A stretch of DNA of 63,612 nt, filler included, from Octopus bimaculoides (taxonomy: Eukaryota): NCBI RefSeq assembly GCF_001194135.2. It is 7 parts of 7 records of this genome, joined end to end, with 100 filler letters (N's around TTAATTAATTAA, not from the genome) between each part and the next. Parts side by side here need not be neighbours in the genome. Positions count along the whole stretch, not along the records: positions 46,881 to 57,119 come from NC_068991.1; positions 57,220 to 59,544 come from NC_069002.1; positions 59,645 to 63,612 come from NC_068988.1; 4 more parts are not named here. One strand, written 5' to 3'. Made by a program: the position numbers and the translations under genes. Under the pieces are notes generated by a model. It was not told the origin of the DNA and did not search any database. It worked only from the letters and a program-made list of their open reading frames with translations. The stretch's first letter is position 1; each line of letters starts with the position of its first letter. Below, in pieces: positions 52,383 to 63,612 of the stretch.

Positions 52383-53394
52383 NNNNNNNNNNNNNNNNNN
52401 NNNNNNNNNNNNNNNNNNNNNNNNNNNNNNNNNNNNNNNNNNNNNNNNNNNNNNNNNNNNNNNNNNNNNNNNNNNNNNNNNNNNNNNNNNNNNNNNNNNN
52501 NNNNNNNNNNNNNNNNNNNNNNNNNNNNNNNNNNNNNNNNNNNNNNNNNNNNNNNNNNNNNNNNNNNNNNNNNNNNNNNNNNNNNNNNNNNNNNNNNNNN
52601 NNNNNNNNNNNNNNNNNNNNNNNNNNNNNNNNNNNNNNNNNNNNNNNNNNNNNNNNNNNNNNNNNNNNNNNNNNNNNNNNNNNNNNNNNNNNNNNNNNNN
52701 NNNNNNNNNNNNNNNNNNNNNNNNNNNNNNNNNNNNNNNNNNNNNNNNNNNNNNNNNNNNNNNNNNNNNNNNNNNNNNNNNNNNNNNNNNNNNNNNNNNN
52801 NNNNNNNNNNNNNNNNNNNNNNNNNNNNNNNNNNNNNNNNNNNNTATATATATATATGCGTGCAGACATATATAGACGTGAGTGTATAAACACAATCATA
52901 TCTCTCATTCTTTCTCTCTTTGTATTCATGTATACATACATACATACATACATTCATGCACACACACACACACACACACACACAAATTCATACGCACATG
53001 TATGTATACACAGATACGCATATATGTGGGTGGCCATTTCTGTTTGTCAAATAGCCATTTCTCTAAGAAAGAAAGAGAAATAATAAAGAGGCAAAAAAAA
53101 GTAGCAAGAAAGCACAGACAACAACTAAGCCAACTGCAACATATTGTGATAGAGAAATAGTAAGATGTAATTATTTCTGCACACAAGGTACTTTGTAGTC
53201 CCTAGTTGAACATGATGAATATCTAGTTTTTCTGCTAAAGTCATTATCATCAGCACAATATGGCGCCCCATGCTGAGCTGCATTGTTTAGTAGCGCAGCA
53301 AGGGACACACTAACATATTAATGACACCTACATACAGAATATGATTTACATAATAACACTGTCTTCATTCCAATCTTCGCATTAATACATTCTT

Positions 53395-53550
53395 CTTCTT
53401 CTTCTTCTTCTTCTTCTTCTTCTTCTTCTTCTTCTTCTTCTTTTTCACCACCACCACCACCAACACAAACAGCAGCAGCAGCAGTACCACCACCACCACC
53501 ACCATCACCATCATTACCGCTACCATTATCCTGCTCCTCATCATCATCAT
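53395..53550. repeat. Compound trinucleotide microsatellite (TTC)(CAC)(CAG)(CAT)
   Basis: Directly visible. Confidence 0.9.
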
Positions 53551-53619
53551 ATTTTTTTTCTCTCCGTGTTATTGTCTGTATTACATGGTGGTTTGAGAAA
53601 AACATCAAGAGTTTCCTTT

Positions 53620-54400
53620 ATCTGTATAAGACATAAGCACAGTTAGGAGACTAGAAATGTTGAAGGTTAACAAGGATGTTCAATGGGGAATATATGTACA
53701 GAAGTATGTTAGATTTAACAATGATGTTTAAGGTTAACAAATGTGTGACAACTCCCTAACAATCTTTACAGGTTCCACAATTCCAATTTTCTAGAAAGCT
53801 ATGTCTATCCTTAGAAGTAATTTGTCAAAATCTTTACAGAAATGGTTATGCACCTCACTTGCAGTGCTTGTTACAAATGAGTTGCTAGCAATTCCTCAAC
53901 TGCCACCTAATTCATTAGACTTTCATTTCGGTTTTCCACAGCATTTTGGTCAATCGCTATAATTATGGTGACAGCTTTCATAGAGATTTCGATCAAATTT
54001 TATATGTTATCTGGCGGTCTGTTTGTGTGTTAAGGTTCTATAACAAATTTTCATTTGAAAACTTTTAAGAGATTAAGGAAAAAAGCACAGAGATTATTTT
54101 TTCGAATTTATTGGTATTGGATGGTTTGACGTAAGTAGGATAACTTGTGTCTTTGGTTATATTTTGTCGGGGTTACTGTGGGATATTGTGATGCAACGTT
54201 GTAAATTGTCTCTGGAATTACATTACGCAGGTGATACAATTCTTCCGAAAGAAGCATTTGTCATCTCTATTGGAGGATTTTGAAAATCCCCTTCAATATA
54301 TCTTCTGATAATACCCACTTCATTAAATCTAATGATGGTTTGTTTTTGTTCAGATATTGATTCTGTTATCCATTCATGTACATCTGGGCCAGTATTAGCC
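53620..54400 (-). mobile_element. Heavily decayed LINE reverse transcriptase
   Basis: Minus frames read YRTL... (NYRP-like) and KDFDKL...KIGIVEPVKIVRELS (KAFD...GI...II.ELY-like); many stops. Confidence 0.4.
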
Positions 54401-54849
54401 AATGTATTTACTTCACGAAAATATCGTAGGGCGTATATAAATGCATGAGTTTATGGTTGTTCAGCGTAGGCGGCCACTAATGCAGGCGACCATTATATCA
54501 TCAATATGTTCATTAAGGTTGATTACTTCACCTTCTCAGTGTTTATTGCAGCTGACCTCTGTACCTTTAAATATATTCACTACGGCTGATTTTTGCACTC
54601 TCGATATGTTCACTGCTGGGAACCTTTTTTACTCTCAATATGTTCATTGTTGTTGCTGCTTTATGGTCAAACATTAGATGGGGCAAGTTTTGGGCACTCG
54701 TTCGCAATATATACAATGGTGGGGCCCAGTTAAAATTTCCTTCAAACTGAGTAACCCGTCCATCTTAAATGGTCCCTGAATAAGGTTTATTTAAGGCTTA
54801 TTTATGATGAACGAAACAAACTTATTCCACACTTCTTGAGTCCAAATTC

Positions 54850-55050
54850 CATTGGCGAGCTGGCAGAATCGTTTGCGCGCTGGACGAAATGCTTAGCGGT
54901 ATTTCGCCCGTCGCTACGTTCTGCGTTCAAATCCCGCCGAAGTCGACTTTGTCTTTCATCCTTTCGATAAATTAAGTACCAGTCAAGTACTGGAGTCGAT
55001 GTGATCGACCATACTCCTCTGCTCAAATAACAGGTCTTGTGCCTGTAGTA
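54850..55050 (+). mobile_element. SINE family B, CpG-rich copy
   Basis: ggcgagctggcagaatcgtttgcgcgctggacgaaatgcttagcggtatttcgcccgtcgctacgttctgcgttcaaatcccgccgaagtcgac. Confidence 0.85.
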
Positions 55051-55054
55051 GAGA

Positions 55055-55394
55055 GAATTATTATTATTATTATTATTATTATTATCATCATCATCATTAT
55101 TATTATTATTAGCATCTTCTTTCAATTCCGTTTCCATTTCTTGCCGAGTGTCTTCCTGACAGCTAGGGCAGAGAAACGTACTGTACACATTGGTAGGTCA
55201 TTAAAATAAACTCAGCAGATTGTTCATTTACAAAGTAGAGAAAAGGGGGAAGAAAGACAGAGAGAAAAAGAAAAGCATAAAAATTAAAAAAGTAAACAAA
55301 TAAGATAAAGGGGGGAAAAGAATAGAAAATTCACAGCGACAGTGCTCTTCTCAATACGAATGACGTAGCGGTTAAGACAATCTTTTGCACCGTA

Positions 55395-55454
<60 letters not shown>

Positions 55455-55516
55455 TACACGGTGGTGCATCAGCATGGCCGCAGCTCTGAGCTGAAACTTT
55501 GAAATGAAATGAAATG

Positions 55517-55548
<32 letters not shown>

Positions 55549-56127
55549 CGTCGTTTGATAGTTTAAAGCAAATTTCTACTGCATCACTTGCTACTTACTC
55601 CTCGCTGTTGATGAAGTGTGTGCAGTAATGTATGTTTATGTTTATGGTTTTGTTAGAGCTGGCGGAGTACAGACTTTTTCCCGTACTATATTGTTTTGTT
55701 ATGAGGTTTGGCCAAAGTCTTTTGTGTTTACTGTTTGTATTGTGTTTTAACACGAGTTGTGTTCTGTTGGGTATCCGAGTTGTACAGAGCATGTTACGGG
55801 GGTTGATTATTTTATTGGATATTTACTGTATAATATTTGTAGATTGTTTCCCATTTTTTTTTTTAGATATTGTGTGGTTCTGGAATGGCTTCTGTCTGCG
55901 TTTTTTGTTCATATGTTTTTCATACCAATGCTTCAATTACTGCTGGTATTGTTTCTACTTCCAATTTCTAGATTTTTGTATTTTAAAAGTTTCTTCACTT
56001 CTTTTTGAACAATAACTTTGGTCAGAAGGAACTGCAATGACTATTTGTGTTCAGTGGTATTCTTAGCGAAAATTTATTATTACTATCGGTATTATCATTA
56101 TTATTCTTAGTAGTAGTAGTAGTAGTG

Positions 56128-56180
<53 letters not shown>

Positions 56181-56207
56181 TGTTGCTGTTGTTGTTATTG
56201 TTGTTGT

Positions 56208-56293
<86 letters not shown>

Positions 56294-56594
56294 ATTTTTC
56301 TGGAATGCTACAAAATATCTAAATATATTTTCCTATACCTGCTGACTTCCATTACTACTTTATTTCATAATTTTCTTCATCATTTTTTAAAATGTATTTT
56401 ATGCTTTTACTATTTTAATGTCTGTTCGCATCATTTTCTACAGGTAATCTCCATCGTCCAGAAGTGATTGACATTCTTCTACCTAAAACTCTAGTTGTAG
56501 TTCTTGTTTTTCTTGTTGTTGGTGATGATGAGAGTAATAGTGGCGATAATGATGATAGTGATGTTGTTGCTGCTGTTGTTGATGATAATGATAT

Positions 56595-56632
<38 letters not shown>

Positions 56633-56640
56633 GTGGTGGT
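55055..56640. repeat. Cluster of trinucleotide microsatellites (TTA, TAG, GTT, CAG, GAT) and a short (GAAAT)n
   Basis: Directly visible; these generate the poly-N/V/D/M ORFs in the track. Confidence 0.9.
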
Positions 56641-57219
56641 AGTTCTGTTGATGGTGTTATACTTAATACCTTCCTCGAAACATTGTTGAAAATGATGCGT
56701 AGTTTCCTGCGTAGCTGAAGCATAGACACATTTATACATACATCCACATAGTCACGTAAGCACATACGTATCCAATGCAGGCATTCATTTAAACATGCGG
56801 AACATAACATCTAATAAAAGTCCCGCATCCTTTCGAGCAGTCTTACGTAGTTCATTCCCAAATGGAGGTGATTGCCAATATTTTAAAGAAGTGGATCTCT
56901 TGGAAAATTGTTGAAATTCTTTGCACGTAAAATGATTGGTAGCACTACTGTTAATACACAAATAAACAAATAAAGAATATCCATCATATGCAGTGCTGAG
57001 CACTCATTCTCGTTGCTTTGTACTACCATATATAGTAGTAGTAGTAGTGGTGGTGGTGGTGTTCAATCACAATAATATAAATAATATATATGTATATATA
57101 TGTGTATATATATATATATNNNNNNNNNNNNNNNNNNNNNNNNNNNNNNNNNNNNNNNNNNNNTTAATTAATTAANNNNNNNNNNNNNNNNNNNNNNNNN
57201 NNNNNNNNNNNNNNNNNNN

Positions 57220-57480
57220 ATTCACTAGACAAGACTTCCCTTTCTACTCTCAACTTCCTCTTCAGGTGATACTTGAAGAAGTTGATGAGAGATTGCCCAG
57301 AGAGGAAAGTCTTTGTCTCTAGACCTTTCAGACGCGTCCACCATACACATTCTTTCGTCATAGCCACAAGTACGATGAAAATAGCTCTTCCTTCCCGTTT
57401 AAAGGAAGGAGGCGCGACAATATTCACGATAGACTCGGCTGATAGACCGACTCGTCCCACACGCGATAGCAGTTGTTCGA
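57220..57480 (-). mobile_element. L1/Tx1 LINE ORF2 C-terminal fragment, 5'-truncated, preceded by (TATC)n
   Basis: VEQLLSRVGRVGLSAESIVNI..PPSFKREG.AIF..LVAM.KE.VWWTRLKGL.T.TFLSGQSLINFFKYHLKRK.RVEREVLSS; 3' end lost in a gap. Confidence 0.7.
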
Positions 57481-57481
57481 C

Positions 57482-57546
<65 letters not shown>

Positions 57547-57914
57547 TAGAGATAGACAGATAGAGATAGATACAGAGATACAGAGATACAGAGATAGACA
57601 AGCAGACAGACAGAGAGATACATACATACATACATACATACATACATACATACATACATACATAGACAGCATTATATTTTATCAGATGTACAATTACATG
57701 TATACTATCAGTGTAATTATAGATGTGTCCTGCTGAGTTAAGAGGTTAGAAGAGTGGGAAGATGTCCATGTCTGCTCACGACTACACGGGCCCTAAAACA
57801 ATTTGAGAAAGAATGGTACATGCCATCAAGTCGCACACAGAATCGAGTGTGACTTGTTGGAACAACAATCCAGGTCTGACATGGATATGTTGTTATATTA
57901 TGTGTGTACTTTAT

Positions 57915-58131
57915 CTTTTAGCTTTTACTTGTTATCATCATTTGACTGTGGCCATGCTGGAGCACCACCTTGATGGATTTGGTCAAACAAATCAATCCCA
58001 GGATGTTAAACCTGACACTTATTCTGCTAATGTCTTTTGCCAAACGTCTAAAGTGCAGGGACATAAAGAAACCAACGCGGGTTGTCAAGTGGAGGTGGAG
58101 GACAAACACACACACACTCAAATATGCACAT

Positions 58132-58168
<37 letters not shown>

Positions 58169-58320
58169 ATGGGCTTCTTTCAGTTTCCATCTACCAAACT
58201 CACTCACAAAGCTTTGGTTGACCTGGGGCTATAGAAGAAGACACTTGCCCAAGGTGCCACACAGTGGAACTGAACACAAGACTACATAGTTAAGATGCAG
58301 GCTTCTTAACCATACAGTCA
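57915..58320 (-). mobile_element. SINE family A
   Basis: Reverse complement of the family A head (agaagacacttgcccaaggtgccacacagtggaactgaac) and tail (ctgtggccatgctggagcacc). Confidence 0.75.
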
Positions 58321-59308
58321 CTCCTGCATCTGTCATACTCATGACAACATATGTATAACAGTATGTTATATTTCTAATAATACAAGAGTGGGGACTGCAA
58401 AGTTTCTGCCTTTAAGGGCATCACGAAAGGCCTGGTTGGAGGCCCAACATTCCAAGTTCTTTTACAGATCTTAGAAAGACCGCTGCAATAATTGTGTGGA
58501 TCTGTTTGTTATATTACTCTCATTCAGTTCTGTTCTGACTCAGTATTCAACTGAGTCTGGTGACTTTGCCTTGTTTAGTAAATGTATTTGTATTTTGTTA
58601 ATTTGTACAAATAATAGTTTTTCTAATTGGTATATTGCTTTGTTTTGAACATGAATTTTTGGGTTCTGCTTTAATTAGCATGTATTTTTGAGTATATATT
58701 GCTCACATATTCACTCCATTATGGGTTAGCTGCAGACAGGTTGGTTGGCATTCAAGTGGCATTCAAGTAAGTTGATAATTCTGTATTGAGACATAACAAT
58801 GTTGAATAAAATCATAATTAACTGATCCTCCTGTATTTTTTTTCACCCAAAGCCAGGAGCTTTCCAGCACTGCCTCGTATAGACATTCTATTATGTATAC
58901 AACATAACAAAAATGGAAACCGCTCGTAATGATCTCCTCATCTTCCAGAGCAAGAGAAAGCATAACATTTTAAAAGATAAGATAGATAAATAAAAGCAAA
59001 TTAAAGAAAGTAAATTATAGAAATAGCAGAAGAACCTTCCACAAATAATTACAACTTAATAGAAGAAAAATTATATGAAAAATATAGACAGCAATCAAAG
59101 GACAATTGCACTGCAAAAGAATATTCCAAGACTAAACACCAACCGAGATATGAAGACAATAAGTTTCTCCACACTGTGTACAAGCATTGAAGTATTACCA
59201 TTCTGCTTTGGTACTCCATTCACCCGGCATCGAATTCCAAGGTTTTCTATATCTGAAGAACAAAGCAATTCCATATAAAATTATTATATTATCATTCCTC
59301 TCCTTTTC

Positions 59309-59344
<36 letters not shown>

Positions 59345-59391
59345 TTCTTTCTGTATCCTTGTAGATGCATATGTACACACACACACGCGCG

Positions 59392-59429
<38 letters not shown>

Positions 59430-59644
59430 TAAAAAAGATAAAAGATATATATATGTATACTTGTATGTATATATGTGTGTGGGAACATCCATATATACAA
59501 ATAGATACATGTGTATTTATGTGCGTATATATATATATATATATNNNNNNNNNNNNNNNNNNNNNNNNNNNNNNNNNNNNNNNNNNNNTTAATTAATTAA
59601 NNNNNNNNNNNNNNNNNNNNNNNNNNNNNNNNNNNNNNNNNNNN

Positions 59645-59712
<68 letters not shown>

Positions 59713-60679
59713 CGCATGACTATGATAATGTATTCACGAACATGATTAAGTTCATAAATATTTAATGTCATTACCTTAATGACAAACATTGATCCTGTTG
59801 CTTTTATATTAAAACTTGTCAATTTAAGCGAGACCAATTGAGACATACTTACACATGTGTTATACATATATGCATACACACCAAAGAGGGAGGATCCCCT
59901 CCCCTCTGTATAAATAATTTATATATGTTTGGTTTTGACGAACGATGTAAAAAGTACACAGTACCATGGTAAAGTGTACTAGTCTATTTGGCCGATTCAG
60001 GGACTAGATCCTCGGAAGTTTACTTGACATATGGTCAGTAAGTCAGTAGCGAAAACATGAACTATTTGCTGTCAGTGAGAACGACAACTAAAACTGGTGT
60101 CGATAGATAGATAGATAGATAGATAGATAGACACATACATACATACATAGACAGATAGACAGACAAACAGACAGACGGACGGACGGTCAGCCAATTGGTA
60201 GATAGGTTGGTCGGTAGGTAGATAGGTAGGTAGATAATTAGGTAGGTAGGTCGGTTGATGAAAATTTATGATAGATAAATATGTGATGGAAATATATGAT
60301 AGATAAATTGCTTGGCAGATTGAAATATAAGTAGTCAAATAGATACATGTATAGTCAAATTTACACACACACATACACATACATACATCTACGTATGAAT
60401 GTATGTCATATATGTACGTGTATGTATCATATATAGTGTATATAAATAAATATAAAGCATCATATATAGTCATGTGTGTTGGTGTGAATGTAAATATATT
60501 TATATACGTGTGTATATACATCAATGCATATGTATGTTGCATGTACCTCTATATATGCATACACTTATATGTATACATATGTATATATGTATGTGTGTTT
60601 ATGTATATGTATTTATATATGCATATGTCTGTAAAATATGAATATATACGTGTCTTTATATGCGCATGTATATCTTAGA

Positions 60680-60712
<33 letters not shown>

Positions 60713-61099
60713 TAGATAGATAGATAGATATCGAGAGAGAGACAGGAATACGTGAATGAAAGAGATAAGGCAGATAGTGTGATATATATATACGTATGTT
60801 AGTTAAATTTGAACGTCTAACTCATATTTGTGTTGATATCAACGGTCAGTAATCAGCGTTAATGTATACTACTCTTTGACCGCCATAAACTTTTCTGACT
60901 GCTACATATTTTTCTTTCAAATGACAAACAGTACAACTGTAGAAAAAAACATAACTTTCCTAACCTGAATATGTGCTTTTTTATTTTTTGTATAACTACT
61001 AGCGGAACGGGGTGTGGGATGAGAATTGGCTTTGTTTTTTCAATTTTATTTCAAACTTTGTTTACGGAATCGCTTTTGTAACCAGGTCTGACTAGAAAA

Positions 61100-61430
61100 A
61101 AATTATGATGTCTTAGGGGTCAATGTCACTCCCTGTCACCATGGGCAAGTATCCCGCGTCGATCAAAGCTTTGTGGTTGGATTTGATAGATGGAAACTGT
61201 GTGGAAGCCCATCGTGTATGTACGCGTGTGCGCGCGCGCGAGCGATTGTCCCCACCACTGCTGGGCAACCGGTGCTGGTTTGCTTAGTCCTCCCAGCTTA
61301 GCTGTTCGACAAAATAAACCGACAAAAGAAGTACCATACTCAAAATGAATACTGCTGTCGAATTACTTAATCCTTCCAGACGATGCCCCAGTATGGTCGC
61401 AGACCAATGACTGAAACAAGAGAAAGAAGT
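61100..61430 (+). mobile_element. SINE family A, diverged
   Basis: aaagctttgtggttggatttgatagatggaaactg...cttagctgttcgacaaaa...gccccagtatggtcgcagaccaatgactgaaacaag. Confidence 0.7.
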
Positions 61431-63612
61431 TAAAAGGAGATAAACTTCTCGAGTTTCACATTTTTATCTGCTTTGCTTGCATCTCTCATTGCCTTATTAA
61501 CGGCTAAATTACTTCAAATCCAAGACCGTCGTGATGAAGCAGTGGAGACGATGTAATCATACTTATGCAGAAAGACTGGATGGTCATATCCTGATTGTTC
61601 TACTTGGATCAGGTTTATCTAAGACTAAACTATAGAAACAACTGTTCGCTGTTTTGCTAGTAAAGAGTCGAAAGAGCCTCAGTTGACATAGCAGAAATAG
61701 CAGCCAAATCCCTTTGAAATAAAAACTTATCCTCTTAGAAATGTGAAGCACTTGTTTGGACAACGTAGTCCTAGATACGTTACACCTGGAAATAAAAGGG
61801 GCGTGATGGTCACGGTTGGGATATCTTTGACTATAGATTTACTTAGTAAGGGATCATGCTTGTTTAAAAATATCCTTGAAACTAAGATCAATTCTGATCA
61901 ACAGACTTATGATCAAAACTGTTCCTGACATGAACTTCCCGCAGTTTTGTTGATACATAGTGTATCTTGTACTGTATTATCCAATGTATTTTTTTTAACA
62001 TGCTAGGCTTGCTTTGAGGCAGATTTAGCTGTTATTTCAAAAGAGATATGTTTGTTAGGTGTCTGGTTGATATGTGTGAAACCTGTTACTTGCAATGTTC
62101 GCCAATATTTTTTCACATTCTGGCATTAAGAAAAATGAGTTTTTACTGAACACTCAGTCGATCAGTTCACATATGCGAGATCTGATCACTGGTGAAAGAA
62201 TGTTTAAAATAGATACCACTTGCTTTGTTGTTCTTAATCCCGAGGCTAATTGATTGAGGAATTATCAACGATTTTCTGGGCTTTGGCTATCCCATTTTCT
62301 TCTGTATACCAAAGACTATTGTTCAAATTTCCCTTCATTTTCTTTTTAAATATGACAGGATATGGTTTGGGAAGATTTCGTTGCTATTTCTAGAAAGTTG
62401 AGAAAGCGTGTAAAGGCTCCATCGTTGGGTCGTATTAGAATTAACAGATTTTAATATATGTTATTGTTGTTTGCCGCTTATTAAGCTAATCTAGAAGATC
62501 TATGACCTAAAAGATTCCAACCATAATCATCTTGTCTTTATTTTAAACAGGACGTCTTGGATTACTATATCCAGTCTGTCTTTAAATATCTTTGTTCAAA
62601 GACTTCAGAGGGAAATACGGTTTCCGTCCTAGCAGCTCCAGCGAATGTGAAGAGACTCCCGGTTCGTTCGATGGCTCATATAACAATAATGAAGCACATA
62701 CCAGTTATATACTGGGGATGAATGAGGGCCAGTATACCACCATATCACAAAATTTGTGATTTTGTAGCAGAATTTCAAATCATGGTTTATGTACTACCTT
62801 TAGGTAAATCATTTAAAAGTGCGATTGACCGAACCGACAGATGGGCGTTTCTTATGAAATCACCAACACTCCGTTATCTAACTGGCCAATATATTTGCTT
62901 TTCAACGGTTGAAATTTAAGATACCATGAGTTGGTATGTAGCTTGATAAGTGATAGGGAGGCGGATGGTGTTGAGAGTTCAGCTCGGCTCACAGGAAAAG
63001 TAAGCTGATTATATATTAGCGATCTAGAAAAGAGTAAAGGCGATATGTCTCTCGACCGCTCAATGTTATAAAAATAAGATCTATACCTGGGTGTCCGTGC
63101 AGTGACTGAGTAGGACAAACGTATTTTGAAACTATATTTAAAATGCATGTATTCCTTATAAATTGCTTTCTATCTTCTCTATGAAGTGAAGCGAACTAAC
63201 GATCTATGCAGCTATTTACTTTTAGATTCAATTAGTAAGATTTATGTACATGTGTGTGTGTATGTATGTATTTATATATGCATATATTCATGGAGAGCAG
63301 ACCTAGAATAGGGAGGGAATGTCGTTTATGAAGTCGCAAATGACGACGAAACGACCTTGACAATCCTGGTTGATTAAATGATTGACCGAATGATTAACCA
63401 AAGAAACGATTATTTCATTGGTTAACAAATTGACTAATAACAAGCTATTTTATTGGCTAACGAATTGACTAATAACAAAATAAAGAAGTTAAACAAAACT
63501 AGAGTGCGTGTTTATCATTGGCAACATGACCCTCCAGAAATACGTCAAAATATATGTGAACATACGGGTTCACATCAAGTATCTTGAAAACTGAATACAA
63601 AAGCGACATATA

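Noticed and set aside
53620-54700. Initial reading as a Helitron PIF1 helicase fragment
   Set aside because: No Walker A GGTGKT motif; the residual motifs fit a decayed LINE RT better.
53318-56810. Poly-E, poly-K, poly-N, poly-V and poly-D ORFs
   Set aside because: They are trinucleotide microsatellites open in several frames on both strands, with no exon evidence.
58700-58770. GTAAGT donor at about 58767 as a downstream ANKRD27 exon
   Set aside because: No frame resembles the expected next segment (human KMLAKQEAQMNLMKQAVE) or the VPS9 domain.
2849-59600. Recurrent ttaattaattaa inside N runs (2849, 16771, 23757, 46825, 57164, 59589)
   Set aside because: It is palindromic with stop codons in all six frames and always embedded in Ns, so it is an assembly gap linker rather than biological sequence.

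Overview
AT-rich, microsatellite-dense, gapped animal genomic DNA. The SINE/LINE families and repeat density point to a coleoid cephalopod, most likely Octopus (inference). One protein-coding gene is clearly recognisable: the 5' part of ANKRD27/VARP on the + strand, with six coding exons at 41605-45726 encoding 208 aa. It breaks off before the VPS9 core, next to a Helitron end and a scaffold gap. Its likely promoter and first exon (about 34754-34935) is an imperfect ~80-bp-arm inverted repeat with mirror-image TATA-like boxes and splice donors on both strands. This suggests a divergent transcript running left through a CpG-decayed domain to about 24.5 kb, whose product I could not identify. 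The rest is transposon debris: Tc1, mariner, Chapaev-like, piggyBac-type MITEs, Helitron, RTE/CR1/Tx1/Penelope-like LINE pieces, two LTR elements (one structurally complete and non-coding) and many tRNA-derived SINEs, plus simple repeats. Most ORFs in the supplied track are microsatellite or N-gap artefacts. Comparisons to known proteins and repeat families are from recall, not from a database search.
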